A DNA stretch of 64,000 nucleotides from an uncultured Thermococci archaeon. Its GTDB lineage: Archaea > Methanobacteriota_B > Thermococci > Methanofastidiosales > Methanofastidiosaceae. Shown here in pieces: positions 22,040 through 31,751 of the stretch. Below the pieces are notes generated by a model. It was not told where the DNA came from and did not search any database. It was given only the letters and a program-made list of their open reading frames with translations. The stretch spans positions 64,934 through 128,933 of the forward strand of contig CAZCMP010000002.1 in NCBI GenBank assembly GCA_964500005.1, given 5' to 3'. The position numbers and the translations under genes are program-made. The number at the start of each line of letters is the position of its first letter. Positions within the stretch are counted from its first letter, which is position 1.

Positions 22040-23650
22040 TTGGGGATTAACTTGAGCGAATATCTTTTAGAAGTTGAAAACATATCTATTATTTTTGATG
22101 ATAAGAAGATTCTTGACAATGTATCCTTCAAAGTTAAAGAAGGAGAGTCTTTAGGATTACTGGGAAAAAGCGGTAGCGGTAAATCTGTTCTTATAAATAT
22201 ATTGAGAGGAACAAAAGAATATAGGCCAACAGAGGGTAAAATCTTCTATAATATCTCTTATTGCCCTAAATGTATGAAAGTTGACTTTCCAAGCAAAAAA
22301 GGCACAAAGTGCACTAAATGTAATGAAGAAATGGTTCTCAAAAAAGTTGATTTCTGGGAAGAAAAAGCTCTATTTAATCCTATAAGAAAAAGAACTGCAA
22401 TTATGTTGCAACGTACCTTTTCACTTTATGGAGAAAAAACAGTAATGGAAAATATGCAGGATGCTTTTACTGAAACTGAAATGCCAAGAAATATGGTTAT
22501 GCCCAAGATCATAGAACTTCTGCAGAAAGTGAATATGGTCCAAAGAATGACGCATATTGCAAGAGATCTTTCTGGTGGAGAGAAACAAAGGATAGTTCTA
22601 GCAAGACAGCTTGCCATAAATCCAATGTTGCTTTTGGCTGATGAACCAACCGGTACTTTGGATCCTTTGACTGCCAACACAGTTCACAATGTACTTCTGG
22701 ATTCAGTAAAACAAGGGATGTCTTTAATAATTACATCTCATTGGCCTGAAGCGATTGAGTTACTTGCCCAAAAAGCAGTTTGGCTTGAGAGTGGAAAAGT
22801 AATACAATCTGGTGACTCCAAAGAAGTGGTTAAGTCTTTTATGCAAAAATTAATGCCTGAGGAAAAAATAAGATTCCCAGGTATCGGAAGCGGCATAATT
22901 GAACTTTGGGATGTAAAAAAATACTACTACTCTATATCCCGTGGTGTTGTAAAGGCCGTAGATGGAGTTACTTTTACTGTTAATGAGAAAGAGATTTTTG
23001 GAATTGTTGGGAAGAGTGGAACAGGTAAGACTACAGTTTCAAGAATGATTTCGGGAATCACTCCTTTTACTGAAGGTGAGCTTAACGTAAGAATTGGTGA
23101 TGAATGGATAGATATGAAAGAACCCGGATTCTTAGGAAAAGGAAAAGCGATGCTATACATGGGGGTTCTTCACCAAGAATACACTTTGTATCCTGACAAG
23201 AATGTACTTCAAAATTTAACAGATTCCATAGGTATTAAACTTCCGAAAGAATTAGGGAAGATGAAGGTTATTTCTGTTCTTGAGGGTGTAGGTTTTGACG
23301 ATCCAAAAGAACTTGAAGAGATACTAATTAAAATGCCTGATGCTTTATCTGTTGGAGAAAAGCACAGAGTTGCTTTAGCTCAAGTATTAATTAAAGAGCC
23401 AAGAATAGTTATTCTAGATGAGCCTACAGGCACCATGGATCCATTCACAAGGAAAATCGTTGCCAAGTCTATTAGAAGGGCTAGGGAAGTTATAGGTGAA
23501 ACTTTTATAATTGTCACCCATGATTCAGATTTCGTAGTAGATGTTTGTGATAGGGCATGTTACATGAAAGATGGTAAAGTAGTGTTTATTGGAGACCCTG
23601 AAGAGATAAAAGAAAGGATGATTGCTACTAAAGAATCTGAAGAAGAATAA
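22040..23650 (+). CDS. atwA: MCR system component A2 (dual ABC-type ATPase); start may be TTG 22052
   Basis: Two Walker A motifs (GKSGSGKS, GKSGTGKT), CPKC/CTKC insert, AIMLQRTF, RMTHIARDLSGGEKQR, LHQEYTLYP. Confidence 0.93.
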   Translation: MGINLSEYLLEVENISIIFDDKKILDNVSFKVKEGESLGLLGKSGSGKSVLINILRGTKEYRPTEGKIFYNISYCPKCMKVDFPSKKGTKCTKCNEEMVLKKVDFWEEKALFNPIRKRTAIMLQRTFSLYGEKTVMENMQDAFTETEMPRNMVMPKIIELLQKVNMVQRMTHIARDLSGGEKQRIVLARQLAINPMLLLADEPTGTLDPLTANTVHNVLLDSVKQGMSLIITSHWPEAIELLAQKAVWLESGKVIQSGDSKEVVKSFMQKLMPEEKIRFPGIGSGIIELWDVKKYYYSISRGVVKAVDGVTFTVNEKEIFGIVGKSGTGKTTVSRMISGITPFTEGELNVRIGDEWIDMKEPGFLGKGKAMLYMGVLHQEYTLYPDKNVLQNLTDSIGIKLPKELGKMKVISVLEGVGFDDPKELEEILIKMPDALSVGEKHRVALAQVLIKEPRIVILDEPTGTMDPFTRKIVAKSIRRAREVIGETFIIVTHDSDFVVDVCDRACYMKDGKVVFIGDPEEIKERMIATKESEEE

Positions 23651-23713
23651 TTTTATTTTTTAATATTACTTTTTTCTAATAGTATGTTCACTGAATAGAC
23701 TAATCAAAATGGA

Positions 23714-24715
23714 TCATCTTCTTGAGAGAACATGAAGATGCCTTGTAAGGCTTTTATGGACTCTAAAACTATAGATATTTTCAATGTGAAATCCCATCTC
23801 ATCAAATGGGTATAGTCTATCCATCCCGATTACACATCTTTTTTTGAATGACTCTAATATAGAAATGAAACAATCCCGATACATCTTCTCTTTATCTTTA
23901 TCTATTTTAGTTGAACGCCCATAAGGTGCGTCAGTGACAACAGATTCAAATTCTCTTCCAAAGACATCATATATTTTTCTTGCATCTCCAATCCTAACAT
24001 CAAAGTTCTTTATTCCATAATTTGAAAGATTAATTTTTGTACCCGTTACACTTCTTTCTTCTATGTCAAGGCCATAAGTATCAAGACCAATTAATCCTGC
24101 TTCAATTAAAATCCCCCCTGTTCCAGCAAAAGGATCTAGTATTTCCTTTTGTGCCTGAGAGATATTAATCATCGCTCTTGCGATACGAGGATCTATTGAA
24201 GTTGGAGAAAAAAAAGGCCTTAATTGAGGTTTTCTTTTATTAAAGTCCTTTTTATTTCTTTCAAATATTTTTTTCCCGATATATACTCTATCTTTAAACA
24301 CAATTCCTATAATTTCGTCTTTGGGATTTGTTAGATCTGCTTTTATTTTATGTTCAAAATAATTTGATATTGACTTTGCAATAGTCCGTTCCAAATTTCC
24401 ATATTCTTTATCATCTTTATTCTTAACTCTAACCTTAAAAGTTCTTTCAATTCTGAGATATGAATCCCATTGAATTTCAGATAATATTTTATCTATCTTT
24501 TCATCAACAACAAAATCAGAAATAATATCCAATATGAAATGGGTCAAACCTAACCGAGATAGGAAATTTATATTGGTATTCCCAAATTTAATGATCAACA
24601 ATTGTCCTTCGCTATAAGTTATTTCATATTTTATGCCATAAGCATTTAACAAGGAAATAACTTCCTCTTTAGAAAATAGAGTATGGCCTCCAGATAAGAA
24701 AAATAAAATTTTCAT
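23714..24715 (-). CDS. trm11: tRNA (guanine-10-N2)-methyltransferase, THUMP domain
   Basis: RPFFSPTS, LDPFAGTGG, TDAPYGRS, VHKSLTR. Confidence 0.88.
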   Translation of the reverse strand: MKILFFLSGGHTLFSKEEVISLLNAYGIKYEITYSEGQLLIIKFGNTNINFLSRLGLTHFILDIISDFVVDEKIDKILSEIQWDSYLRIERTFKVRVKNKDDKEYGNLERTIAKSISNYFEHKIKADLTNPKDEIIGIVFKDRVYIGKKIFERNKKDFNKRKPQLRPFFSPTSIDPRIARAMINISQAQKEILDPFAGTGGILIEAGLIGLDTYGLDIEERSVTGTKINLSNYGIKNFDVRIGDARKIYDVFGREFESVVTDAPYGRSTKIDKDKEKMYRDCFISILESFKKRCVIGMDRLYPFDEMGFHIENIYSFRVHKSLTRHLHVLSRR

Positions 24716-25465
24716 CTATATCTCCATTGGGGCAAGATATAGAGTGAATCGGCCTTCTTCTGCCGTGGGGAACTCAAGTTTCAAGGGAAGTTTTGTTCCG
24801 CCTAGAGATATTTTGACATAATCGGATATTGAATATGAGTTTAGGAAACTTAGAATATAATTTAGATTATATTTTGAACGCTGGATAGTTTTTGATTCAA
24901 ATTTTTTAATAGATTTTGATTCAGACGGTATTTCGGCTAATGCCTTAGATGTATAATCTTCAGATAAAATAGAAATATTATTTTTATGAACTGATAAAAG
25001 AATTGTACCTCCAATTATTGCCATGTCTTTTATAATGTCCTTAAAGGTTTTGCTATCAATTTCAATAAATGTAGAATATCTTGGATTTAATTTTGGAATA
25101 TTAAAATTGCTAGTTGAAAGTAAAGTAAATTCAAAATTTCTTTTAAAATCACTTTCTAAAATTAGTTCGACTTTTCCGGCTTTGGAATTGACATCAATTA
25201 TTAATGATTCACTAGGATAGGCCCTTTTGAATATCTTGGCAAAAGAATCAACATTAACTCCAATAGATTCTTCAACATCTATTTCATACTTATCGAAAGC
25301 TTTAGCAGGCATTAAAAATTCTACTTTTGAGATTAATGATGGATCTGTTCCTTCCAAATATACCCCATTATTGTCTATTGTAACTAGGCATTCTCCTGTG
25401 AGTTCAGATATCGATTCAAGGACTTGTTTAATGGTAGTAATATTCTGTAATACGAAATGTGACAT
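24716..25465 (-). CDS. pcn: DNA polymerase sliding clamp PCNA (divergent)
   Basis: 249 aa; TDPS.., FDKY....IGVN, SKYNLNY, PLKLEF...YLAP. Confidence 0.85.
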   Translation of the reverse strand: MSHFVLQNITTIKQVLESISELTGECLVTIDNNGVYLEGTDPSLISKVEFLMPAKAFDKYEIDVEESIGVNVDSFAKIFKRAYPSESLIIDVNSKAGKVELILESDFKRNFEFTLLSTSNFNIPKLNPRYSTFIEIDSKTFKDIIKDMAIIGGTILLSVHKNNISILSEDYTSKALAEIPSESKSIKKFESKTIQRSKYNLNYILSFLNSYSISDYVKISLGGTKLPLKLEFPTAEEGRFTLYLAPMEI

Positions 25466-25535
25466 TAAAACACGTATAATTTTATGAAAATCGTTATAAA
25501 AGATTTTCGTATAATTTAATCAGATGCTAATTAAA

Positions 25536-28500
25536 TTAATTCTTCTTCTTACCTTTTATTACTTCTTTTGGATCCGGTACTATTGTTGAATTGCTGGAAA
25601 AAAAGCGTTTATTATTTTCCTTTTTCCCTTTAATGACCTCTTTTACATCGGGTACTGGAGTGTAAACGTCATTATTTGTAGATGGTCTTTTTTCAAGTAA
25701 TTCTTTAATTGAAGAAGGTATCTCTGGCGAAGTATTATTAAACTTAAAAGTATTTGTCCAAGAGCCGCCTTTTTTAATAGATCCGTTGCCTTCGTCATTA
25801 AATGGATTTTCTGGTTCACCGTTATTCTTCTTTTGTTTGTACTCTTTATATGCACTCTCAACTGAAGGTGGGAGGCCTAAATCAATATCCTTAGGAACTA
25901 CTCTTCCTTTTATTTCTTTCAATTGCTCTTCTTCAATGTCAACACGTTTCTTATTCTCAAGCTCATCGATTTGATTTAAGATTTTAATTTTATATTCATC
26001 AAGTTCTTTTCTATTCATTAATTCTACACTCTGTTTATTTTCCAATCCTATAATCTTTTCTTGTATTACAATATTTTCTTTCCTTTTTTCAATTTCATCT
26101 AGGGTCTTAGAAATCTCAGACCTTAAAGATTCGATTTCAAAAGAATCAAGAGAAGCCATTTTATCTTCATTTTCTAAAGTTGATTTTAATTCTTCTAATT
26201 CTTTTCTAATTTCCTCTGGATTCATAAAATCCACCTTAGGAGGCCTTATATTAATCACTTCTTCTATCGGTGTAACAGGTGACGATAATTTTATCTCGGT
26301 TTGTACATTATCCTTTTTATATTCCTCTTTTAATGGAGGTAAATTATCTTCTATAATCGGTAATGAATCTAATTCTTTCTTTAATTGATCTTTCTTAATA
26401 TTTTTATCTTCCTTTGGAGAGGATAAATGAGAAAGGGAAAAGGGCTTTTTTTCTAGAGGTATTCCATTCTTTTTCTTTGAGAAAAATTGGAACTTACTGT
26501 TTTGTTTTTGCTTTATTGCAGGAGGTGCAACTCTTTTACCTAGAAGTTCTTGATCAATCTGATCTTTAGTTAAGAAGTTGTTGTCTTCTTTACGTGCTAC
26601 AAATTCGCTGAATTTATTTTCAACTTCAAGGCTTGGAGATGCAGACGCGGGTATTCTTTCGATAGAAGGTACTTTTTCATTTTTAGAGAATTGTTCAGGA
26701 ATACTCTCTTTTTTATTTAATTCTTTAGTTACTGATTTATCTTGGCTTTCAAATGAAGCTGTTGGAATTTTCTTTTCAGATCTAATTCCTTTTTGTTCTT
26801 TTTTAGAAAACAATTTGAATCCTTTTTTGGACTTAACTTCCTTTTTACTATCCTTTTGACTGGGTGGTGATTTCCCGCCTTTAGGAGGAGAAAGTTTATT
26901 GGAAGAACGCCCTCTTGATCCAAGGGATTTATAGACTGAGTATCCAACAACTGACAAAAGTAGAAGGATGACTCCAACAATAATGTAAGGTGCATATGGC
27001 GAGGACTTAATATTTTCTATTGTTTGAGTAACAGATTGAGGGATGCTTGGTAAATTAGACTGAGGAGCTGCTTTTGCAGTAACACTAATTGTTGTTCTTT
27101 CAATGTCAAATGTTTTTGATTCTTGGTAAATATTTGTCCAGTAGAACTTAGAGTCTTCTAAAATAAAAGCTCCTGATTTTGTAGCTTTTATCTGTATTTC
27201 TTTTGATAATTCACTGCCACCTTTAATTTCTTCAATAATAATTTCTTTATCGCCTGAAATTATTTCAAATCCTTGAGGAAGTACTTCAACTAATTTAACA
27301 TCGTAAATATCATCTCTTCCCCAGTTTTTAATATTATAAGTTATCTTTAATGTTTCTCCTTCTTCAATTTCATTGGTCGAGATAGTTCTTGAAATTGAAG
27401 GGCCCCATACTGTGACAATTGTTGGAGACAAAGATTTAGTTCCTTTAACGCCCCACTCATCTTCATATGTTGACAAAGTCTGGCCAATTTGGTATTCACC
27501 GCCCTGAGAGGGAACTAAGGTATACCTTAAAGTAACTCGCTCTTCAGGCTTTAATTGCCCGCCCCAATAGTTAATTCCTGTTGTCACCTGAAGACTAGAG
27601 GGAACTTTATCTTCAATTCTTACATTTTTAGCATCACCATCTCCTGTGTTAGTGATTATTGTAACTACAGGAATGATGTGTCCAATTCTAATAATATCAG
27701 ATTCGTAATCAGATTCTTGTCTACTTAATTGTATATTTGGAGTTCTTCCACCCACAGTAATATTTGTTGATGTTTCAGATTTGGCTTTCTTTCCGGCAAT
27801 ATCCTCAAATTCTGAAGAGGTGTTTATAGTGAATATTTTATCTTTGTTTTCTTGAAGAACCCTAACTGTAAACTTAGTTGTCTTTGAATCTCCTTGTTTT
27901 AGTGTATCTACAAATCCGCCCAATTCACCATCGACAAGCTCTATTTCCCCCGAAACAGTGTTAATATAACTTATTTTCTTAGCAAGTCCATCACCTGTGT
28001 TAGTCAAAGTTAAGACTACATCGACATATTTATAATCTGCAAAAGAATATTCTTCATTGAAGTATTGAATATTGGTAAATGTTACTTTTGGCTCCCCATT
28101 TACTCTTACAGAAGTACCTGATGCAATGTGCTCAAAACTATGGCCTTCAAGATCATAGTATAATAGTTTTGTATCTCCTATTTTATATTCGCCAGGATAA
28201 GAAGCGGTAATAATATACTTATACATTTTTTCCTGTTCCGGTTTTAGTTCAGGGATTGTATATTCTATCCTTTTTGTTTTAGGATCATCAATCAATCTAA
28301 ATCCTTCAGGAACGAAATCAAGAATTTGAACATCTTTTGCAATTTTATTTCCAGTATTTCTTACAACTAATACTACTATAACAGAATCTCCTCTAGATAT
28401 GGTGACTCTATCTAATTTCTTAATTATCTCAAGTCTTGGAAATTCTTTACTAACGGTGACGGGTTCAATTTTTGAAGTTGTTTTGTATTTTTTACCGGCT

Positions 28501-30485
28501 TCGTCTTCAAAGAGTAATTGGGTTTTGAATTCAAATTCTCCCATCTCAAGAGCTTTAACTTTATAGATTAATGTAAACGTTTCATTCTTTAACATTTTAT
28601 CGATATTTGTTGTTGCACTGCCATCGATTAATTCAAATCCATCAGGGATATAATCAATTAAATTTACTTTTGTGGCGGTAATGTCGCCTATATTTTTTAT
28701 TCTGACTTCAATGTCGGTAGTTTCTCCAACAAATAATTTTTCTTTTACAATATTTCGTGTAATTTGAAATTCTGGTTGTTTTGGAACTATTGTGACTAAA
28801 GTTTTATCAGTTTTCGAATAATCTTGGATTACCTCTTCTTCTTTTTCATTGAAATACCCCATTTGGTATGACAAGTCAATTTGTATTGGGGCTACTTTTA
28901 AGTAATCAGTTTGTGGCGCTTTGAATTTGAAAACAATAAGTCTTTTTTCTCCAGGCTCCATAGATTTTATTTCAAGACATGCTTCTTTATCAGATCCACA
29001 ATAGCAGTTATTTCCAGTTAAAAAAGTAAAATCTTTTGCGGTAATGTGAATTTTAACATTTTTTGCAGGTATATCACCAGTATTTTCAATCTCAGTTACG
29101 TACCAAAAATTAGTATCTGATTGAGGCTTTTCAATCAAATTTTCACTTTCAAACTCAAAATCTTCTGGCCTCATTATTGAATGGATTATTGGAGTCCAAA
29201 GAACTGTACTTCCACTCATTCGATAAATTGAAAGTTGTCTAATATTCTTACAAGTGCTATCTTTTCCTATAGTAACAATATCTCCTTCATATAATTGTTC
29301 AAGGTATTGAAATGAACCGTTGACTTCTTTAAAATCATATACATATTGGATATTTTTATTTGGAGCGGATACATTAAAAGAATAAGTTTTATTATCAAAC
29401 TCAACTGACCCCGAGCTTGCATTAATATCAACATCACCCAAGAGTACAGTTCTAATTCCTTCCTTACTACCCCTTAAGAAAGTCCTATCTTTATCATCTA
29501 TCTCTCCAATATATAGAGAGGTTGAATTTATGGAAATTTCAGGTTCCTTTCTTTTAGTTACGGTTATGTTTAGTTTGTATCTATCAAAATAATTGGCATT
29601 TTCGTGATCATTGATTTCATTTATCTTTATCTTAATAATTTCATCTATGTATAAAGTATCCCCTGGCACTACAACTTGCTGAATTACCATAGTTCCTTTT
29701 CTGTATATTTCCAAAATACCCCTTTCTGGTGGCATTAAAGGATGTCTTCTTTGGAGGTCTCTTAGAAGTATTGTGTAATCCCCTACAACTGTGAGATCGC
29801 CAATTTCAATCCAACCCATGAATACTGCATCTGGATCATAGTAAGGCCCCGGCAATAGAACAAAATCTTGAGGAGGGAGGACTAAAGGTGGTGACGGAAC
29901 TGTTACTCTTATTTTTTTTGCAAGCCATCCGATACCAGATGCTTCAATATCATATACACCTTCAACATTTGAAAGGGTATAATTACCGTCCCCAGAAGTT
30001 ACAGAACTTGCCAATACATTCTCCGTTCCAGGGTAGTAGGCTCTTACTATTGCACCTTCAATGGGGGTTACTCCGTCTGGTTGGAAAACTGTTCCTACCA
30101 CACTACCATCTGTGCTAGAAAGCGTGAAGTTATAATCTGGAGAGCATGAAGTTGTGCAAGTACTGGCCAATATAGAAAAAGGATATTCAGATTTAAAACC
30201 TGGTGCATAAGCCCTAACTCTATACATTCCATGCTCTAGAGGGTATATGTAATAGGTACCATTAACATCAGTTATTGCCGTGCCTTTTATTGTTGGGCAT
30301 GCATTGGCATCATTAATGCTATAAGCATCGACTATAGCATTGCTAATACCTTGAGGAGTTGCATTATTATCCGTTACTCTCCCGGATATTACACCTTGGG
30401 CCAAGATTGGAGTTGCGAAGATGCTGATAATAAATATCAACAATATAAATATATTTAGTAAATATAAATAATTGGATTTTTCCAT
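25536..30485 (-). CDS. Giant single-pass surface protein: signal peptide, two carboxypeptidase-regulatory-like domains, about six DUF11/CARDB-like Ig domains, TM helix, ~460-aa cytoplasmic tail
   Basis: GVISGRVTD..GISNA and DGSVVGTV..DG.TPIEGA; repeated NxG...AK.V.I.D..P.GF motifs; TM YIIVGVILLLLSVVGY; charged/coiled-coil tail. Confidence 0.85.
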   Translation of the reverse strand: MEKSNYLYLLNIFILLIFIISIFATPILAQGVISGRVTDNNATPQGISNAIVDAYSINDANACPTIKGTAITDVNGTYYIYPLEHGMYRVRAYAPGFKSEYPFSILASTCTTSCSPDYNFTLSSTDGSVVGTVFQPDGVTPIEGAIVRAYYPGTENVLASSVTSGDGNYTLSNVEGVYDIEASGIGWLAKKIRVTVPSPPLVLPPQDFVLLPGPYYDPDAVFMGWIEIGDLTVVGDYTILLRDLQRRHPLMPPERGILEIYRKGTMVIQQVVVPGDTLYIDEIIKIKINEINDHENANYFDRYKLNITVTKRKEPEISINSTSLYIGEIDDKDRTFLRGSKEGIRTVLLGDVDINASSGSVEFDNKTYSFNVSAPNKNIQYVYDFKEVNGSFQYLEQLYEGDIVTIGKDSTCKNIRQLSIYRMSGSTVLWTPIIHSIMRPEDFEFESENLIEKPQSDTNFWYVTEIENTGDIPAKNVKIHITAKDFTFLTGNNCYCGSDKEACLEIKSMEPGEKRLIVFKFKAPQTDYLKVAPIQIDLSYQMGYFNEKEEEVIQDYSKTDKTLVTIVPKQPEFQITRNIVKEKLFVGETTDIEVRIKNIGDITATKVNLIDYIPDGFELIDGSATTNIDKMLKNETFTLIYKVKALEMGEFEFKTQLLFEDEAGKKYKTTSKIEPVTVSKEFPRLEIIKKLDRVTISRGDSVIVVLVVRNTGNKIAKDVQILDFVPEGFRLIDDPKTKRIEYTIPELKPEQEKMYKYIITASYPGEYKIGDTKLLYYDLEGHSFEHIASGTSVRVNGEPKVTFTNIQYFNEEYSFADYKYVDVVLTLTNTGDGLAKKISYINTVSGEIELVDGELGGFVDTLKQGDSKTTKFTVRVLQENKDKIFTINTSSEFEDIAGKKAKSETSTNITVGGRTPNIQLSRQESDYESDIIRIGHIIPVVTIITNTGDGDAKNVRIEDKVPSSLQVTTGINYWGGQLKPEERVTLRYTLVPSQGGEYQIGQTLSTYEDEWGVKGTKSLSPTIVTVWGPSISRTISTNEIEEGETLKITYNIKNWGRDDIYDVKLVEVLPQGFEIISGDKEIIIEEIKGGSELSKEIQIKATKSGAFILEDSKFYWTNIYQESKTFDIERTTISVTAKAAPQSNLPSIPQSVTQTIENIKSSPYAPYIIVGVILLLLSVVGYSVYKSLGSRGRSSNKLSPPKGGKSPPSQKDSKKEVKSKKGFKLFSKKEQKGIRSEKKIPTASFESQDKSVTKELNKKESIPEQFSKNEKVPSIERIPASASPSLEVENKFSEFVARKEDNNFLTKDQIDQELLGKRVAPPAIKQKQNSKFQFFSKKKNGIPLEKKPFSLSHLSSPKEDKNIKKDQLKKELDSLPIIEDNLPPLKEEYKKDNVQTEIKLSSPVTPIEEVINIRPPKVDFMNPEEIRKELEELKSTLENEDKMASLDSFEIESLRSEISKTLDEIEKRKENIVIQEKIIGLENKQSVELMNRKELDEYKIKILNQIDELENKKRVDIEEEQLKEIKGRVVPKDIDLGLPPSVESAYKEYKQKKNNGEPENPFNDEGNGSIKKGGSWTNTFKFNNTSPEIPSSIKELLEKRPSTNNDVYTPVPDVKEVIKGKKENNKRFFSSNSTIVPDPKEVIKGKKKN

Positions 30486-30650
30486 GTTGCCACCTAGTTG
30501 TGAATATCCAATATCAATTATGATTTAATAACTATATAAAGCTTTTGGTAATATTGATTAACAATACTTATTTTTAATATTTAGAATTAGTAAGTAATTA
30601 ATGTAAATAAGAATTATTTATAAATTATAATTTAATTAAATAATATTTAA

Positions 30651-30854
30651 TTATTTAGAAAGGTTCTTAATTCTAGCAAGACGGGCCCTTAGAATCTCAA
30701 GTTCCTCTCTTGATAATCTACCACCACGTAATCTATCAAGTTCTTCCTTTTGTAAGTAGACTCTAACGCCTAGGATAACATTGATAATTATGCTTATTAT
30801 GGCGATAATAAAAATTATAATCCAACTACTAATCATTGTATCTACTAATGCCAT
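30651..30854 (-). CDS. Small membrane-anchored coiled-coil protein downstream of minD
   Basis: One N-terminal TM then LQKEELDRL...LSREELEILRARLARIK; ATG 30854 is 4 nt after the minD stop. Confidence 0.75.
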   Translation of the reverse strand: MALVDTMISSWIIIFIIAIISIIINVILGVRVYLQKEELDRLRGGRLSREELEILRARLARIKNLSK

Positions 30855-30858
30855 ATTT

Positions 30859-31629
30859 TCATCTCCCAAATAGTCCTCCCATTAATTTATTAATAGATTT
30901 GGTAGAAGGTTCAAATTCATTCTTCTTTCCCGCTATTTTTTTAGCAATTTCTTTAATAGCTAATGAGGCCGGAGATTTTGAATCCAATAATACAAAGGGC
31001 TTGCCCAAAGTTGTTGATTTCTTTACTATAGGATCCTCTGGTATGTTGCCAATTATTCTAAGCTCTAGTATTGCTTCTATTTCAGGTCCTGAAACTTCAG
31101 TTGGGTCTCCCCTAACTCTGTTCACTATAACCCCAATTATTCTTGTTCCTAGTTTTTCTGCTACTAATTTTATCTTCAATGCATCTGATAAAGAAGTAAT
31201 CTCAGGATTTACAACTAAAAGCATATTTTGTGAAGCCGCGATAGAAGTAACAGCATCCACTTCAAGACCTGGTGGCCCATCAATTATTAACAAATCTACT
31301 TTGTCCACAAATAATTTGAATATTTCATTTATTTTATCAGGATCAGATTTTTTTAGTCTTCTTAAAGATAAACCTGCGGGAACTACTTTTACCCCACCTG
31401 GACCATCATAGACTATATCTTGAGGCATAGCCTTGCCTTCCAAGACATCCTGTATAGTCTTAGGCAATCCTTCCATTCCAAATATCAGCTCAAGATTTGC
31501 CATAGTTATATCTGCATCGAAAATTAAAACATCGAGCCCTACCTCAGAAAGTGCTATGCCTAAATTAGCAGCTATCGTTGTTTTTCCGACTCCACCTTTA
31601 CCGGAGGATATGACTAGCGATTCTCCCAA
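30859..31629 (-). CDS. minD: MinD family ATPase
   Basis: SGKGGVGKTT, DADITMANL, IDGPPG, PEITSLSDA, IPED; C-terminal amphipathic KLMGGLFGR. Confidence 0.92.
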   Translation of the reverse strand: MGESLVISSGKGGVGKTTIAANLGIALSEVGLDVLIFDADITMANLELIFGMEGLPKTIQDVLEGKAMPQDIVYDGPGGVKVVPAGLSLRRLKKSDPDKINEIFKLFVDKVDLLIIDGPPGLEVDAVTSIAASQNMLLVVNPEITSLSDALKIKLVAEKLGTRIIGVIVNRVRGDPTEVSGPEIEAILELRIIGNIPEDPIVKKSTTLGKPFVLLDSKSPASLAIKEIAKKIAGKKNEFEPSTKSINKLMGGLFGR

Positions 31630-31751
31630 TAAAATTCCTCCATTGTTTATAAATTAAAAAGTAAGTTAATATATAAAATTATCCCTGATTATTATGAAAT
31701 CTGCAAAATGATGAGGAAAAACTTAAAACAAATGCTAATATCGAGAAATCA

